Shown piece after piece: positions 37,687-48,689 of a DNA stretch of 53,139 nucleotides; position 1 is the first letter of the stretch; every line of letters starts with the position of its first letter. Location of the stretch: positions 1,564,881 to 1,618,019 of the forward strand of contig NC_057718.1 in NCBI RefSeq assembly GCF_004010195.1, in the 5' to 3' direction. The notes under the pieces are model-generated. The model had not been told where the DNA came from, did no database searches, and was given only the letters and a program-made list of their open reading frames with translations. This stretch comes from Chiloscyllium plagiosum. Taxonomy: Eukaryota. The position numbers were made by a program, and so were the translations under genes.

Positions 37687-38332
37687 GATACCTGAATCCC
37701 TCTTTAGCTATGTATTTAGCTGTACTGTCTTCCTATTTCTGGCCTCACTGTGTGGCATGGGGATTAATCTTAGAGGTAAAAACAGAGAATGTTGGAGAAA
37801 CTCAGCAGGTCTGGCAGCATCCAGAGAGAAACAAAGTTAAAGTCAGATAGAATGTTTGGATGGTTGTTCTTGATTGGTACAAATTCAATGGGCCATAGGA
37901 ACATTTTCTATGCTGGAGATGTCTATGACTATATGACTTGTAAGTAAATATTTTGAGTTGACATGACACTTCAGGACTGAAGAAAGCTGGAAAATGGTGA
38001 TTTTGATGCTGTTGACAGGGGCAGGGGGTGGAAACAAATCGAACAGAATGGGGTGGGTCCTCAGAGTAAAAATGAAAGTCAGTGCTAATGGTGTAAAGGA
38101 GGAATAGAGATTCAAAATAGTGTAAATGATCGACGTAAAAAGGATAAAATGGATCAGCTGTACTGAAAGCCAAGTCGACAAATTTGATCTGACCAAAGTG
38201 GGGGGGGTTGGGGAGGAAGGGGTGAGGGAGGTGGGCTGTAATCAATTGTTGGGCAGAGGTCATGCTCTGAAATTGTTTAATATTGAGTCCTAGAATCTGC
38301 AAAATGCTTAAGCAGAAGACAAGGTGGTATTT

Positions 38333-38845
38333 AAAGGATTTTGAGAAGATTTGTAGCTTAGGTTGAAGTTCTGGATGTAGGTTTGTCCACTGAGCTGGAA
38401 GGTTCATTTTCAGACGTTTCATCACCAACTAGGTAACATCTTCAGTGAGCCTCTAGACGAAGCACTGCTGGTGTTTCCTGCTTTCTATTTATATGTTTGG
38501 ATTTCTTTGGGTTGGTGATGTCATTTCCTGGTCTTTTTCTTAGAGGGTTGTCAATGGGGTCCAAGTCAATGTGTTTGTTGATAGAGTTCCAGTTGAAATG
38601 CCATGCTTCTCGGAATTCTTGTGTGTGTCTCTGTTTGGGTTTCCCTAGGATGGATGTGTTGTCCCAGTCGAAGTGTGTCCTTCCTTATCTGTATGTAAGG
38701 ATACTAGTGATAAATAGAACATATAAATAGAAAGCAGGAATAATCAGCAGTGCTTTGTCCGGAGGCTCACTGAAGATGTTTCCTAGTATGGTGATGAAAC
38801 GTCTGAAAATGAACCTTCCAACTCAGCGAGCAAACCTACATCCAG
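38333..38845 (-). mobile_element. Fold-back PLE (same family as 31146-32137) nested in an older PLE remnant
   Basis: Inverted arms at ~38371-38497 and ~38718-38845 with a 38-nt tail on the left. TSD agg(t/c)ggtattt at 38322-38332 and 38846-38856. Hammerheads lie on both strands. Confidence 0.9.
38767..38806 (+). ncRNA. Minimal hammerhead motif
   Basis: tca-CTGAAGA-t-gtttcc(tagtat)ggtgat-GAAA-c-GTC-tga, with one helix II mismatch. An intact mirror lies on the minus strand at ~38410-38448. Confidence 0.7.
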
Positions 38846-39029
38846 AGGCGGTATTTCTCCAGTTTACATTCAGCTTCATTGGAACACCTGCAGCTGGCTC
38901 AGCTTGGATTTGTTAGCATGCTAGCAAGATGATTTTCTAAACTCAGCTATTAGATTCTCAGTGTCATCTCCATTTTGATTACATATCCTTCTCAATAATC
39001 AATACGACCAACTTTCCCACTTTCTTTCC

Positions 39030-40052
39030 TTTTCTCTCCAATCCTTGACATTCGATGGTGTTACTATCACTGAATCTCCGTCTATCCACAACATGGGATT
39101 TAACATTGACCAGAAACTGAAATTAAATTAGACTAGCCATAAAAATACAGCGGCTACAAGAGTAGGTCAGAGACTAGGAATACTGCCATTAGTAACTCAC
39201 CTCTTGACACCTCGAAGCCTGCCCACCATCTACAAGGCACAAGTCAGGAGTGGAATGGAATACTCCCCACTTGTCTGGATGGGTGCAACTCCAACAACAC
39301 TCAAGAAGCTTGACATTATCCAGATTAAAGCAGCCCCACTTGATTGGCACCATATCCACAAGCATCCACTCCCTTCACCACTGATGCTCAGTAGCAGCAG
39401 TGTGTACCATCTACAGAAATTCACTAAGGTTCCATCGGTAGCAACACCTTCCAAACCCATGACCACTTCCATCGAGAAGGGCAAGGGCATCAGATACATG
39501 GGAACACCATCACTTGCAAGCTCCACTCCAAGCCACTCACCATCCTGACTTGGAAATATATTGTCATTCCTCTGGTGTCATTGCATAAAATCCTGGAATT
39601 TCCTCTTGAATGGCATTAGGGTCCATCTACACCACATGAATTACAGTGATGTAAGAAGATAGTTCACCACTTTCTGAAGGACATCTTGGTAAGGGCAGCA
39701 CAGTGGCTCAGTGGTTAGCACTGCTACCTCAAGGCACCAGAGCTCAGGTTCGATTCCACCTTCAGAAGAATGCCTTTTGCAGTTTGTACATTCCCCCCTA
39801 GTCTGCGTGGGTTTCCTCCAGGTGCTCCGGTTTCCTCCCACAGTCCAAAGATATGTAGGTTAGGTGGATTGGCCAATCTAAATTATCCATAGTGCCCAGG
39901 GATGTGCAGGCTAGGTGGATTAGCAATGGGAAATACAGGCACAGGGTGGGGTTGGAATACTGTTCAGAGGGTCAGTGTGGACTTGATGGGACTGTAGGGA
40001 TTGTATGAATAAGTGCTGGCCTAACCAGTGATGGCCATATCCTGTGAATGAC
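39030..40052 (+). mobile_element. L2/CR1-group LINE 3' end interrupted by a V-SINE (39693-40008)
   Basis: TIYKAQVRSGMEYSPLVWMGATPTTLKKLDIIQ, with tail aataagtgctggcctaaccagtga…gtgaatga. Confidence 0.75.
39693..40008 (+). mobile_element. HE1/V-SINE
   Basis: ggcagcacagtggctcagtggttagcactgct…ggttcgattcc…gtgggtttcctcc. Confidence 0.88.
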
Positions 40053-41212
40053 TTGCCCTTCTTTGAGCTAGATCACTGTTACCATCAGAACACCATACTA
40101 TCATGTGACAGCCTATGTCTCTAACTCAGCAATCTTAATTTACCACAATCCATACATTTATATACATTCAATATAATCCTAATTTTATTACTTACCATCT
40201 CGTGCTGAATTTCCAAAAATTCTTTGCCCCTTGATATCTCACTTTTGTATTTTCTTCTGGTTATCATATCTCTTTCAAGTTTGATTGAACACTCTCAAAC
40301 AGCACTAGCAAATTTCCCCACCAAGAATCAGATCTGCATAGGTCCCTTCTCTCTCAGAACTGATATCAAGCTCCTAAGAATCTGATGGCCTTCCTCCTGC
40401 ACCATTTCTTCAAGCAAACATTCATTTACTGTATACTTCTAATTCGATACTCATTTGCATGCATTAACTTTTATGCATTATTTTTAATCCTATATGACCT
40501 TGTTTGAGCTTCTAATTCCATATTCTTTCCACTACAAAGATTATTGCCTCCCTCTAAAATATCTTGTTTTAATTCATCCATCACTGTTGCCCCACCCCAG
40601 CTCTGTGATCTGCAATAGCCCAAAGTTCGCTCAGAACACTGCTCCCCTCTCTCCAGGTACTTACACATGCTCACCGCCAAGGCTCTACCATCAGTGCTCA
40701 TGCTAATCAGGCTGCTTGACCTCCAAGCTCTGGAGTTTCCTCGTTCTCCTGACCTACTGTATCTCTCTTCTAACTCTCTCTGTCCTCCTTCAAGATCCTC
40801 TTTACATCTACATTTTTGATAAGCTTTTGATCCCCAATAGCATACATCCTGGCTCAAGAAAGTGTAGGACTGGGTATTAAATATGTTTGGAGACAAGGTT
40901 TTCAGGAAAGAGAGGAAAGACCTAGGGTGGCTTGAATTCAAAACTCTTTTGAAATGTTTGGAATTTTTTATCACCCTAAAATGCAATATGAGTGCTAGTT
41001 CTAATGGTGCACACTGCTTTCTATAAAAGTGTAATTTTATTCGCATTTAATATTATTTGATTTCAAACCAGTCAAGGATCAGGAGGTCCTTTTGACTGGT
41101 TTCTGGAAATGGAATGTATCCCATGCACGGAGTGCAGACTCTGCAACTAAGAGGCCTGGACTGCGGTGCCCAGTCACATGATTAGGTTAGTAGCTGTCAC
41201 TTATCACTCAAC

Positions 41213-41436
41213 TGCTGGAAATGTGTTGCTGGAAAAGCGCAGCAGGTCAGGCAGCATCCAGGGAACAGGAGAATCGACGTTTCAGGCATAAGCACTTCTT
41301 CAGGATTCCTGAAGAAGGACTTATGCCCGAAACGTCGATTCTCCTGTTCCCTGGATGCTGCCTGACCTGCTGCGCTTTTCCAGCAACACATTTCCAGCTC
41401 TGATCTCCAGCATCTGCAGACCTCACTTTCTCCTCA
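41213..41436 (+). mobile_element. Fold-back PLE end (family C)
   Basis: ~92-bp near-perfect arms centred on 41306 with a 38-nt tail. TSD acttatcactcaac at 41199-41212 and 41437-41450. Hammerhead tc-CTGAAGA-a-ggac(ttat)gccc-GAAA-c-GTC-ga at ~41307-41338. Confidence 0.92.
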
Positions 41437-41975
41437 ACTTATCACTCAACCACAGACAGTCCCTCTCTTCAAAAAAACATCATTAATGTTTACTGCTTGA
41501 CCTGCAAAATGTGCTGTCAAGGTGAAGGGTGGGTGATGAGAAGAGAATTGTGGGGTGCAATTGTGAACTAACAGAGAGTGCAGGATAAGACCCACGAAGA
41601 GGTGGAGCACTATTGAGAGTGATGGAGGAGGGCAGGGACAAAGAAGATTGAGAAAATGTTATGGAACAAGTTGGGGAAGCACACATACTCTCCTGGCACC
41701 CTGGCAACTATTTTGTTTTTAAATGTGCTCAACAAAGGATGGTGTCTCTCTTTTAAATCTTTTGTTGTCAGCCTTGACTGCTTTTTCAATTGTTGTAAAC
41801 ATCATCTTCTGCTGTTCAGCTCCTGGTCATTGTCTGCTCAAATCTTGGAGGTGTGTCAGTTTGTGTGAGACTTCAGCCATCCTGCTTTGTGTCTGGAAGA
41901 AAGGAAAAGTGAGTTCCCATATCTCTATCTGATTCTCACCTAAAGATAATTTGCACTTGTTTCATTTTTGAACAG

Positions 41976-42100
41976 GAGAGGCTGGTTCTCTCGGTGTTAC
42001 CACGTTTCATGATGTTGGAGATCATTAATGATATGTCTGACGCAGAAGAAAAGCAAGGGGCATTCCACAAAATCTATGTTCATCAATATCAGAATGTAAG
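41976..42100 (+). CDS. ADCY8: Adenylate cyclase type 8-like, exon B (125 bp, phase 0/2)
   Basis: Acceptor ttcatttttgaacAG and donor ag|GTgagt. Translates [41 protein letters not shown](S), continuing in frame from exon A (…[16 protein letters not shown]). Confidence 0.92.
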
Positions 42101-43079
42101 GTGAGTACCTATAGGTGAGCACTGAAATCAAGCTGGACACTGAATGAAATGTTGGACCATGTACATTGGGAGGAGTCATTCAGGTACAGAAGGAGTCCCA
42201 TCAATTGTACCATCAGAGAATGGGAATAGCTTCACTTTGTTTACCTGATCTGAACCTGTTATAATCTTGCGCAGTTATATTAAATCTCCTCTCAATCTCC
42301 TTTGCTCCACCCATGAGCATACAGATTAGGAGCAGGAGTAGGCCTGTCAACCCCTTGAGCTTGACCATTCAACAGGATTATGGCGAATCTGATTATTCTA
42401 CATTCTCCCATACCCACAATGACCTTTCACCCCTTGCTTATCAAAGGGGAACAAGCCTATTTTTTCCAACCTATCCAAATAGCTGAAATCTCCCATCTCA
42501 GGAGCCATTCCGATATATCTTCTCTGTGGATTCTCATGGACCCTTCCATCTTTCCTAAAGTGTGTTTGATGCATTACTCCAGTGTGGATCCGAATGATAC
42601 ATGGGGCCAAACATCCATTAGTAGGAAGACAGTGAAATGGGAAGGTGTGTTCATGTTGGTAGGACAGATGGTGGCAGTAATATGTAATGGGGGTGGGGGG
42701 GTGGGGGGGTGTGAATAGACAGGTGGTGGTAGATGATAGATAGAGAGGGCAGACAGGCATTGCTAGGATGAGGGATGTGGGCAGAGAGCATAAAGATGTA
42801 GATTAGAGTTTGTGTTGAGGTTAGGAGAGGGTGTGGGGAAGATGGGCTTCATAGCACAGAGGGTGCCAGAATGGTAATGGCAGGAGAGACAGTACAGGTG
42901 AGCATCATATGATGTTGGGGTGTTGAAGGGTATTAGTAGGATTTGGAGGGAAGGGCATTAGGATGGGGGTAGAAATTAGCTTTTGTAGCATGGTTGGGAA
43001 TAGATGTGTGCTGATAGCACAGATGAAGCAGACAGCTGTCAGAAGAATGTGTGGGGAGAAGTGCAGATGGAAATTGATA

Positions 43080-45925
43080 ATGGTTGTGGTGAGTGAATTT
43101 AACATCCCATATATTAACTGGGACACCCTTGGAGCCAGGGGTTTGGATGGGGGGAGATTTGTTAGGTGCGTCCAGCAGGGTTTCTTGAAGAAATATGTAA
43201 ACAGTTCAAATAGGCAATGAACCCAGCCAGGTGATTGAAGTTTTAGTGGGGGAGCATTTTGGGAACAGTGACCATAAACCCATAAATTTTAAGTTATTTA
43301 TGAACAAGGACATGAATAATCCTTGGGTGAACGTATTATATTGGGAGAAGTTTAACTATGACAATTTTAGGCAGAAACTGAGAAATGTCGATAGGGGTGG
43401 CTGTTTGAGGGTAAATTCACATCTCGTATGTGGGAATCTTTTAAAGACCAATTAATTAAAGTTCAGGACCTGCATGTTCCTATGAAATGGAGGATAAAGA
43501 TGGCAACATTTGGGAACCTTTGATAACAAGAGAAATTTTGAGGTTAGTCAGAAAGAAACAGAGGCATAAGTAAGGTTTAGGAAAGTGAAGACAGACAGAG
43601 CCCTCAAGGAGTATAAGGAAAGCAGGAAAGAACTCAAACATGATTTAGGAGGGCTGAAAGGGGCCAGGAAATAACATTGGTAAATAGGATTAAGGAAAAT
43701 CCTAGGGCTTCTTATACAGGTATAAGAAGTAACTAGGGGAAAAGATAGGTCCAGTTACTAACAAAACAGGTAACTTATGCTTGGAGCAAGAGGATGTGGG
43801 TGAGGTCCTTAGTGAATACATTGCATTGGTATTCACAACGTTGAAAGACATGGGTGAATGATGAGTCTCAAGAGGGGTATGTTGATATTCTATGGCATGT
43901 TGATATGTAAAAAAAGGTGTTGGTTGTTTTGAAAAGAATTAAGGTAGACAAATTCCTAGGAGCTGATGGGATCTATCCCAGAATACTGAGGGAGGTGAGT
44001 AAAGAAATCTGCTGGGACTTTCTGTGAAATCTTTGAATCATCTTTAGTCAGAAGAGAGCTCTTAGAGGCCTGGAAAATAATCAACCTTGTTCCCTTAGAA
44101 AAGCAATTAGTGATAGTTTGGGAAATTACAGGTTGGTGAGCCTTTTGTCAATGGTAGATAAATTATTGGAGAAGATTCTTAGGGACAGGTTTTATTCAAA
44201 TTTGGAAAAATATGGACTTACTAGCAACAAGCAGCATGGCTTTGTGTAGGGGAAGTGGTGTCTCACAAACCTGCTTGGGTTTTTTGAGGAAGTGACAAAG
44301 ATGGTTGATGAGGGCAGGGCAAGGAGTTATGTTTACATGGATTTTGACAAGATATCCCCATGGTACGTTGATACAAAATGTGAAGTCACCTGGGATCGCC
44401 TTGTGAGCTGGTAAGATGGATACAGAACTGGCTTGGTCAGAGAAGAAAAAGAGTAGCGGTGGATGGCATTTTTCTGACTGGAGATCCATGACCAGTTGTG
44501 TCCCACAGGGATAGGTGATGGGACCCTTGTTGTCTGTAGTATATATATACCATTTGGAGATGAATGTAGGTGTTCTGATTAATACATTTATGGATTACAC
44601 AAAGTTTGGGTGGACCTGTCGGTAGTGAAAAGGATTACCAAAGCATATAGATTGGCTGGAGACTTGGGTAGAGAAATGGCAGATGGAGTTTAATCCAGTC
44701 AAATGCAAGGTGATGTATTTTGGGAGATCTAATGCAGGAGGGAAGTGTATAGTAAATGGCAGAAACTTCAATAGCATCAACATGCAGAGAGATCTAATTG
44801 TAAAGATCCACAATTCTCTGAAGTGGCGACAAGTGGACAAGGTGGTGAAGAAGGCATATGACATGATTACATTCATCATTCAGGGCATAGAGTGTAAAAA
44901 CAAGCAAGTCATGGTGCAGCTATATAGAACTTTAGTTAGGCCACATTTGGAATATTGTGCACAGTTCTTGTCCCACATCACCAGAAAGCCTAACATATGA
45001 TGGTCGGCTGAGGATCCTGGGATTGTATTCATTAGAGTTTAGAAGGTTGAGGGGAGATCAAATAGAAACTTACAAGATAATGCATGGCTTAGAAAGGGTG
45101 GATACTGGGAAGTTGTTTCCGTTAGGTGGGAAGATTAGGACCTGTGGGCATCACCTTAGAATTAGAGGGGGTCAATTCAGAATGGAAATGAGGAGACATT
45201 TCTTCAGCCAGAGAGTGGTGGGCCTATGAAATTCATTGTCACGGTGTACATGGAGGCCGAGACGTTGGGTGTCTTCAAGGTCGAGATTGATAAATTCTTG
45301 ATCTCGCAAGGAATTAAGGGCTATGGGGAGAGTGCGGATAAATGGAATTGAAACACCCATCAGTTATGATTAAATGGTGGAGTGGACTCGATGGGCCGAA
45401 TGGTCTTGCTTCCACTCCTATGTATTATGGTCTTATGTGGAGGCTTTGGAGAGGGTACAGAATCAGATTACCAGGATGTTGTCTGCTTTGGAGGGTATTA
45501 GATATGAGGAGAGATTATTATATAGAACAAAAATCTTGGTATGTTTTCACTTGAACAATGGAGGCTGGGGGCAACCTGATAGAATTTTACAAAATTATGA
45601 GAGACACAGATAGAATGGATTGTTGGAGTTTTTTTCCCCAGGGTTGAACTGTCAATTACAAGGGGTCATAAGTTTAAGTAAAAAGGGGAATGTTTAAATG
45701 AGCTGAGAGAGGCAAGGCTTTTTTACAGAGGGTGGGAAGTAGCTGGTATGCAAGAGGAGAAGGTGGAGGTGGATACAATATCAATGTTTAAGAGACATGT
45801 TGACAGATACTTGAAAGACAGGGAATAGGATGATACAGACTGTGTAGGGGCATAAAGATTTTAGTTTGGAAAGACATCATGTCTCAATGCAGGCTTAATA
45901 GGCTGCAGGGCCTGTTCGTTGTACT
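43080..45925 (+). mobile_element. Decayed CR1 ORF2 with a nested CR1 3' end (~44985-45435)
   Basis: SEFNIPYINW…GEHFGNSDH (EN), RT remnants and LYRTLVRPHLEYC. Nested LGLYSLEFRRLRGD…FFSQRVV. Confidence 0.85.
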
Positions 45926-45995
45926 TTGTGTGGGGCAGACAGGAATAAGGTGGGGTAGCAATGAAGGTCTTAAATACATGATGTTATTTTTAAAA

Positions 45996-46604
45996 CCAAC
46001 ACTAACTGTGGTTTGAAAGTCTCCTTAATACATGGAATCAAAAGCACACAAATGCCATTTTATGTGACTCAATAATAGGTAATTCCATACTCAAATAGTA
46101 AACTATCTAACTTGTACATAGAATCTACTTTTCTGGTGTAGTTTGCTACACTCGACATTCTGAAACATTGCCACTTGGTGGTGCTGTTAGTAACATTTGA
46201 AATCATGACGTCTCTAAGCAAGCAAAAATAAGATTTCATCCCAGGGAACACACCTAGAAATACAAGGTAATGTATATTGGGAGGATGAGAAAAATGATAC
46301 CCACACTGAAGGGCAAGTGCAGAAAAACTTCAGGCTCAGAATTAAACACATAAGGGGAAGGAAAAGCTGGTGAAATCCTTTGAGGGAGTGCAGGGTGAGT
46401 CATTATGATACGATGAATAAGGTTTTCTCATTATAAAATTGGTGAAGATTATAACAGGAAACATTTTTAGAACTAACAAAATAAGACAAAAAGGGGTGAA
46501 AATTGAGTGTGAGACAAAGCTAGCTTTAAAGATGGTGAATAGTCCATGTTTCTACAAGTATTTAAATGGGTAAAAGAGTTATTAAAGCTACTCAAATGGA
46601 AACA
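45996..46604 (+). repeat. Local duplication, copy 2 (pairs with 33379-34127)
   Basis: Starts ccaacactaactgtggtttgaaagtctcc and ends ctactcaaatggaaaca, as in copy 1. Confidence 0.93.
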
Positions 46605-46776
46605 AAATACATGACGTTGTAGGTCTGAAATAAAAATGGTCTGGTAGCATTTGTGGAGAAACAAAAGTAAAGTCAATTAGAATATTTAGATGGTTGTCCT
46701 GGATAGGCACAGACTCAATGGGCTGAAGGGACATTTTCTATGCTGGAGAGCTCTATGACTGTATGGCTCTACCCAT

Positions 46777-47177
46777 TTCACCAGTTTCCTCATTTCTCCT
46801 CCCCCCACCTTTCCCCAGTTCCAACCTTCCAGCTCAGCACTGTCCTCATGACCTGTCCTACCTTCCTATCTCCCTTCCCACCGATCCTCTCCACCCTCCC
46901 CTCTGACCTATCACCTCCATCCCCACCCCCAATCACCCATTGTACTCTTTGCTACCTTCCCCCAACCCCCCTCTCTGACCTATCACCTCCATCCCCACCT
47001 CCATTCATCTATTGTACTCTTATGCTACTTTCTCCCCACCCCATCCCCCTCTCATTTATCTCTCCACCTTGGAGGCTGCCTGCCTCTATTCCTGATGAAG
47101 GGCTTTTGATTTTCCTGCTCCTCGGATGCTGCCTGACCTGCTGTGCTTTTCCAGCACCACTCTGTTCTAAACCCTGA
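46777..47177 (+). mobile_element. PLE 3' end (family C), C-rich pLTR
   Basis: TSD ctctacccat at 46767-46776 and 47178-47187. The hammerhead is partly deleted (cctgatgaagggcttttg|attttcc). Confidence 0.82.
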
Positions 47178-47189
47178 CTCTACCCATCC

Positions 47190-47747
47190 CCCTGCAGAAA
47201 GCTTCAACATTGATCTTGAGTTTATATCACGCTACATGAAACCCCACCACACGGTTCTGTACTGTCATTACTGTCCTGTTTTAACACCATCACCTTGATA
47301 ACTTGTTGTGGCCTCTCTACCCTAATTAGTTTGAATTTGTTTCTTTAATAGACCCTCAGAATGTGACTTTATACCTATCATGTTATTCCTGTCACTTAGT
47401 TTGTCTCCAGCATCACAGTTTTAAAAATGTTTTCTAATTATCTGTCTGCCTCAATTAATTGGATTATAGGTAATCTCTTCAATTCCTATTCAACTAGTGA
47501 CACTTTACTCACACTCTAACATTCTGGTCACCTGCAGAGACTTACTATTCAACACTCCACTCACACCATTGTATGATTTTTTAAATCTCTCTGCCTATAT
47601 ATCCTGTGTCTGAATGCTTTTCTTTACTTCATCTGATGAAGGAGCAGCGCTCTGAAAGCTTGTAGTTTCAAATAAATCTGTTGGGCTAGAACCTGGTGTC
47701 GTGTGACTTCAGATCTTGTCCATCCCAGTCCAACACCAGCACCTAAT
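47190..47747 (+). mobile_element. PLE 3' end (family B) with hammerhead motif
   Basis: CTGATGA-a-ggagc(agc)gctct-GAAA-g-CTT at 47633-47661, with family B tail …cccagtccaacaccagcacct. Confidence 0.75.
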
Positions 47748-47956
47748 TAAAGTAGATGTTTTGTGACTGGTATGACACTTCTTAGAACTGAAGGGAGCTG
47801 GAAAATGGTGATTTTAATATTGTTGACAAAAGGGGAAGGATCGAATGGAACAGAATGGTGAGGATGCCTAGAGTAAAAGATAAAATGAGTGGTAACGGTG
47901 ATATAGGATACTATCTGGATCACCTCTGGGATAACATCTGGAGAGGTGTCCACAAA

Positions 47957-48667
47957 TGTTGGAGAATTGAGCCTAATTGAACAGAGATCACACAAGCCAG
48001 ATTGGGTAAAATTGACAAGCTGTTTATTGTAAACGATATCGCTGGAAGAGAAATTGATTAGGCTGACACAGAACTGACAGTGTGTACGGGTAGGTCAAGG
48101 ATTCTCCTCCCTGAGCTGAGAAACCAGATTTTATAGGAATACAGTACAATGATGCTAATTAAAAATAGTGAAAATACTATGGTCAAGTAACCCAGTTACC
48201 ATGGTGATAATCACAATGCAGTTATCAGAAGAATATCCTAAATGTAGATACAATGAGACATCCGGCAGCAACAACAGTTCTTAATGGGATCAGGAAATTC
48301 CAGCTCCCTTCGAGGGGAAGTGAGAAGGTCCCTCCCTTTTCTTGGCAGTAAGATGAGTGAGGTATTTTGGTGTCTCTCCGTCTGATCTGAGCTTTGTGTG
48401 GCTTTGGTATCACTGGAGTACGAGACTGCCCTTAAGGCTTTGGGAGAGCTGTGTTTATTGGGTCCAGGAAGCTTATTGCCAGTTTGTCTTGGGACGTGTA
48501 TTCCCTGGTCTGCGAGTGACTATGGTCATGTCTGGTTTCCCTTATCAGCCTGTTTGGTCAGTGCTGAGACATTCTGGGTGTTTCTTGTATGGTTTGGACA
48601 GGCTTGGTTTCTGTGTTCTGTGTAGCCGTGCTGAGGGTAGGCAGAGGGCAGATGATCTTATCCCACA
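47957..48667 (-). mobile_element. LTR-like element (~711 bp), possibly retroviral
   Basis: The minus strand begins TGTGGGATAA and ends TTCTCCAACA. TATA (cctataaaa) at 48129-48137 precedes AATAAA at 48023-48028 in U3-R-U5 order. No TSD found. Confidence 0.5.
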
Positions 48668-48689
48668 ATAATGTTGTTTTTCTTTTCTT

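Larger units (their letters stand above)
34123..37775 (-). mobile_element. Old CR1 LINE (end of ORF1 + ORF2), heavily decayed
   Basis: GLYTNAQSVRNKLHEL (EN), LDLVMSNEP…SDHNMI, NYMPISLTSV, and a 3' tail at ~34123. Confidence 0.85.

Noticed and set aside
42560..43080. Purine/G-rich stretch downstream of exon B as a distinct element
   Set aside because: Low-complexity sequence with no defined repeat unit or termini. G-quadruplex potential near 42688-42709 alone is not distinctive.
46069..46251. 60-aa minus-strand ORF in the duplicated block as a nested gene
   Set aside because: It has no recognisable homology or splice context, and the other copy is interrupted by an insertion and an indel.
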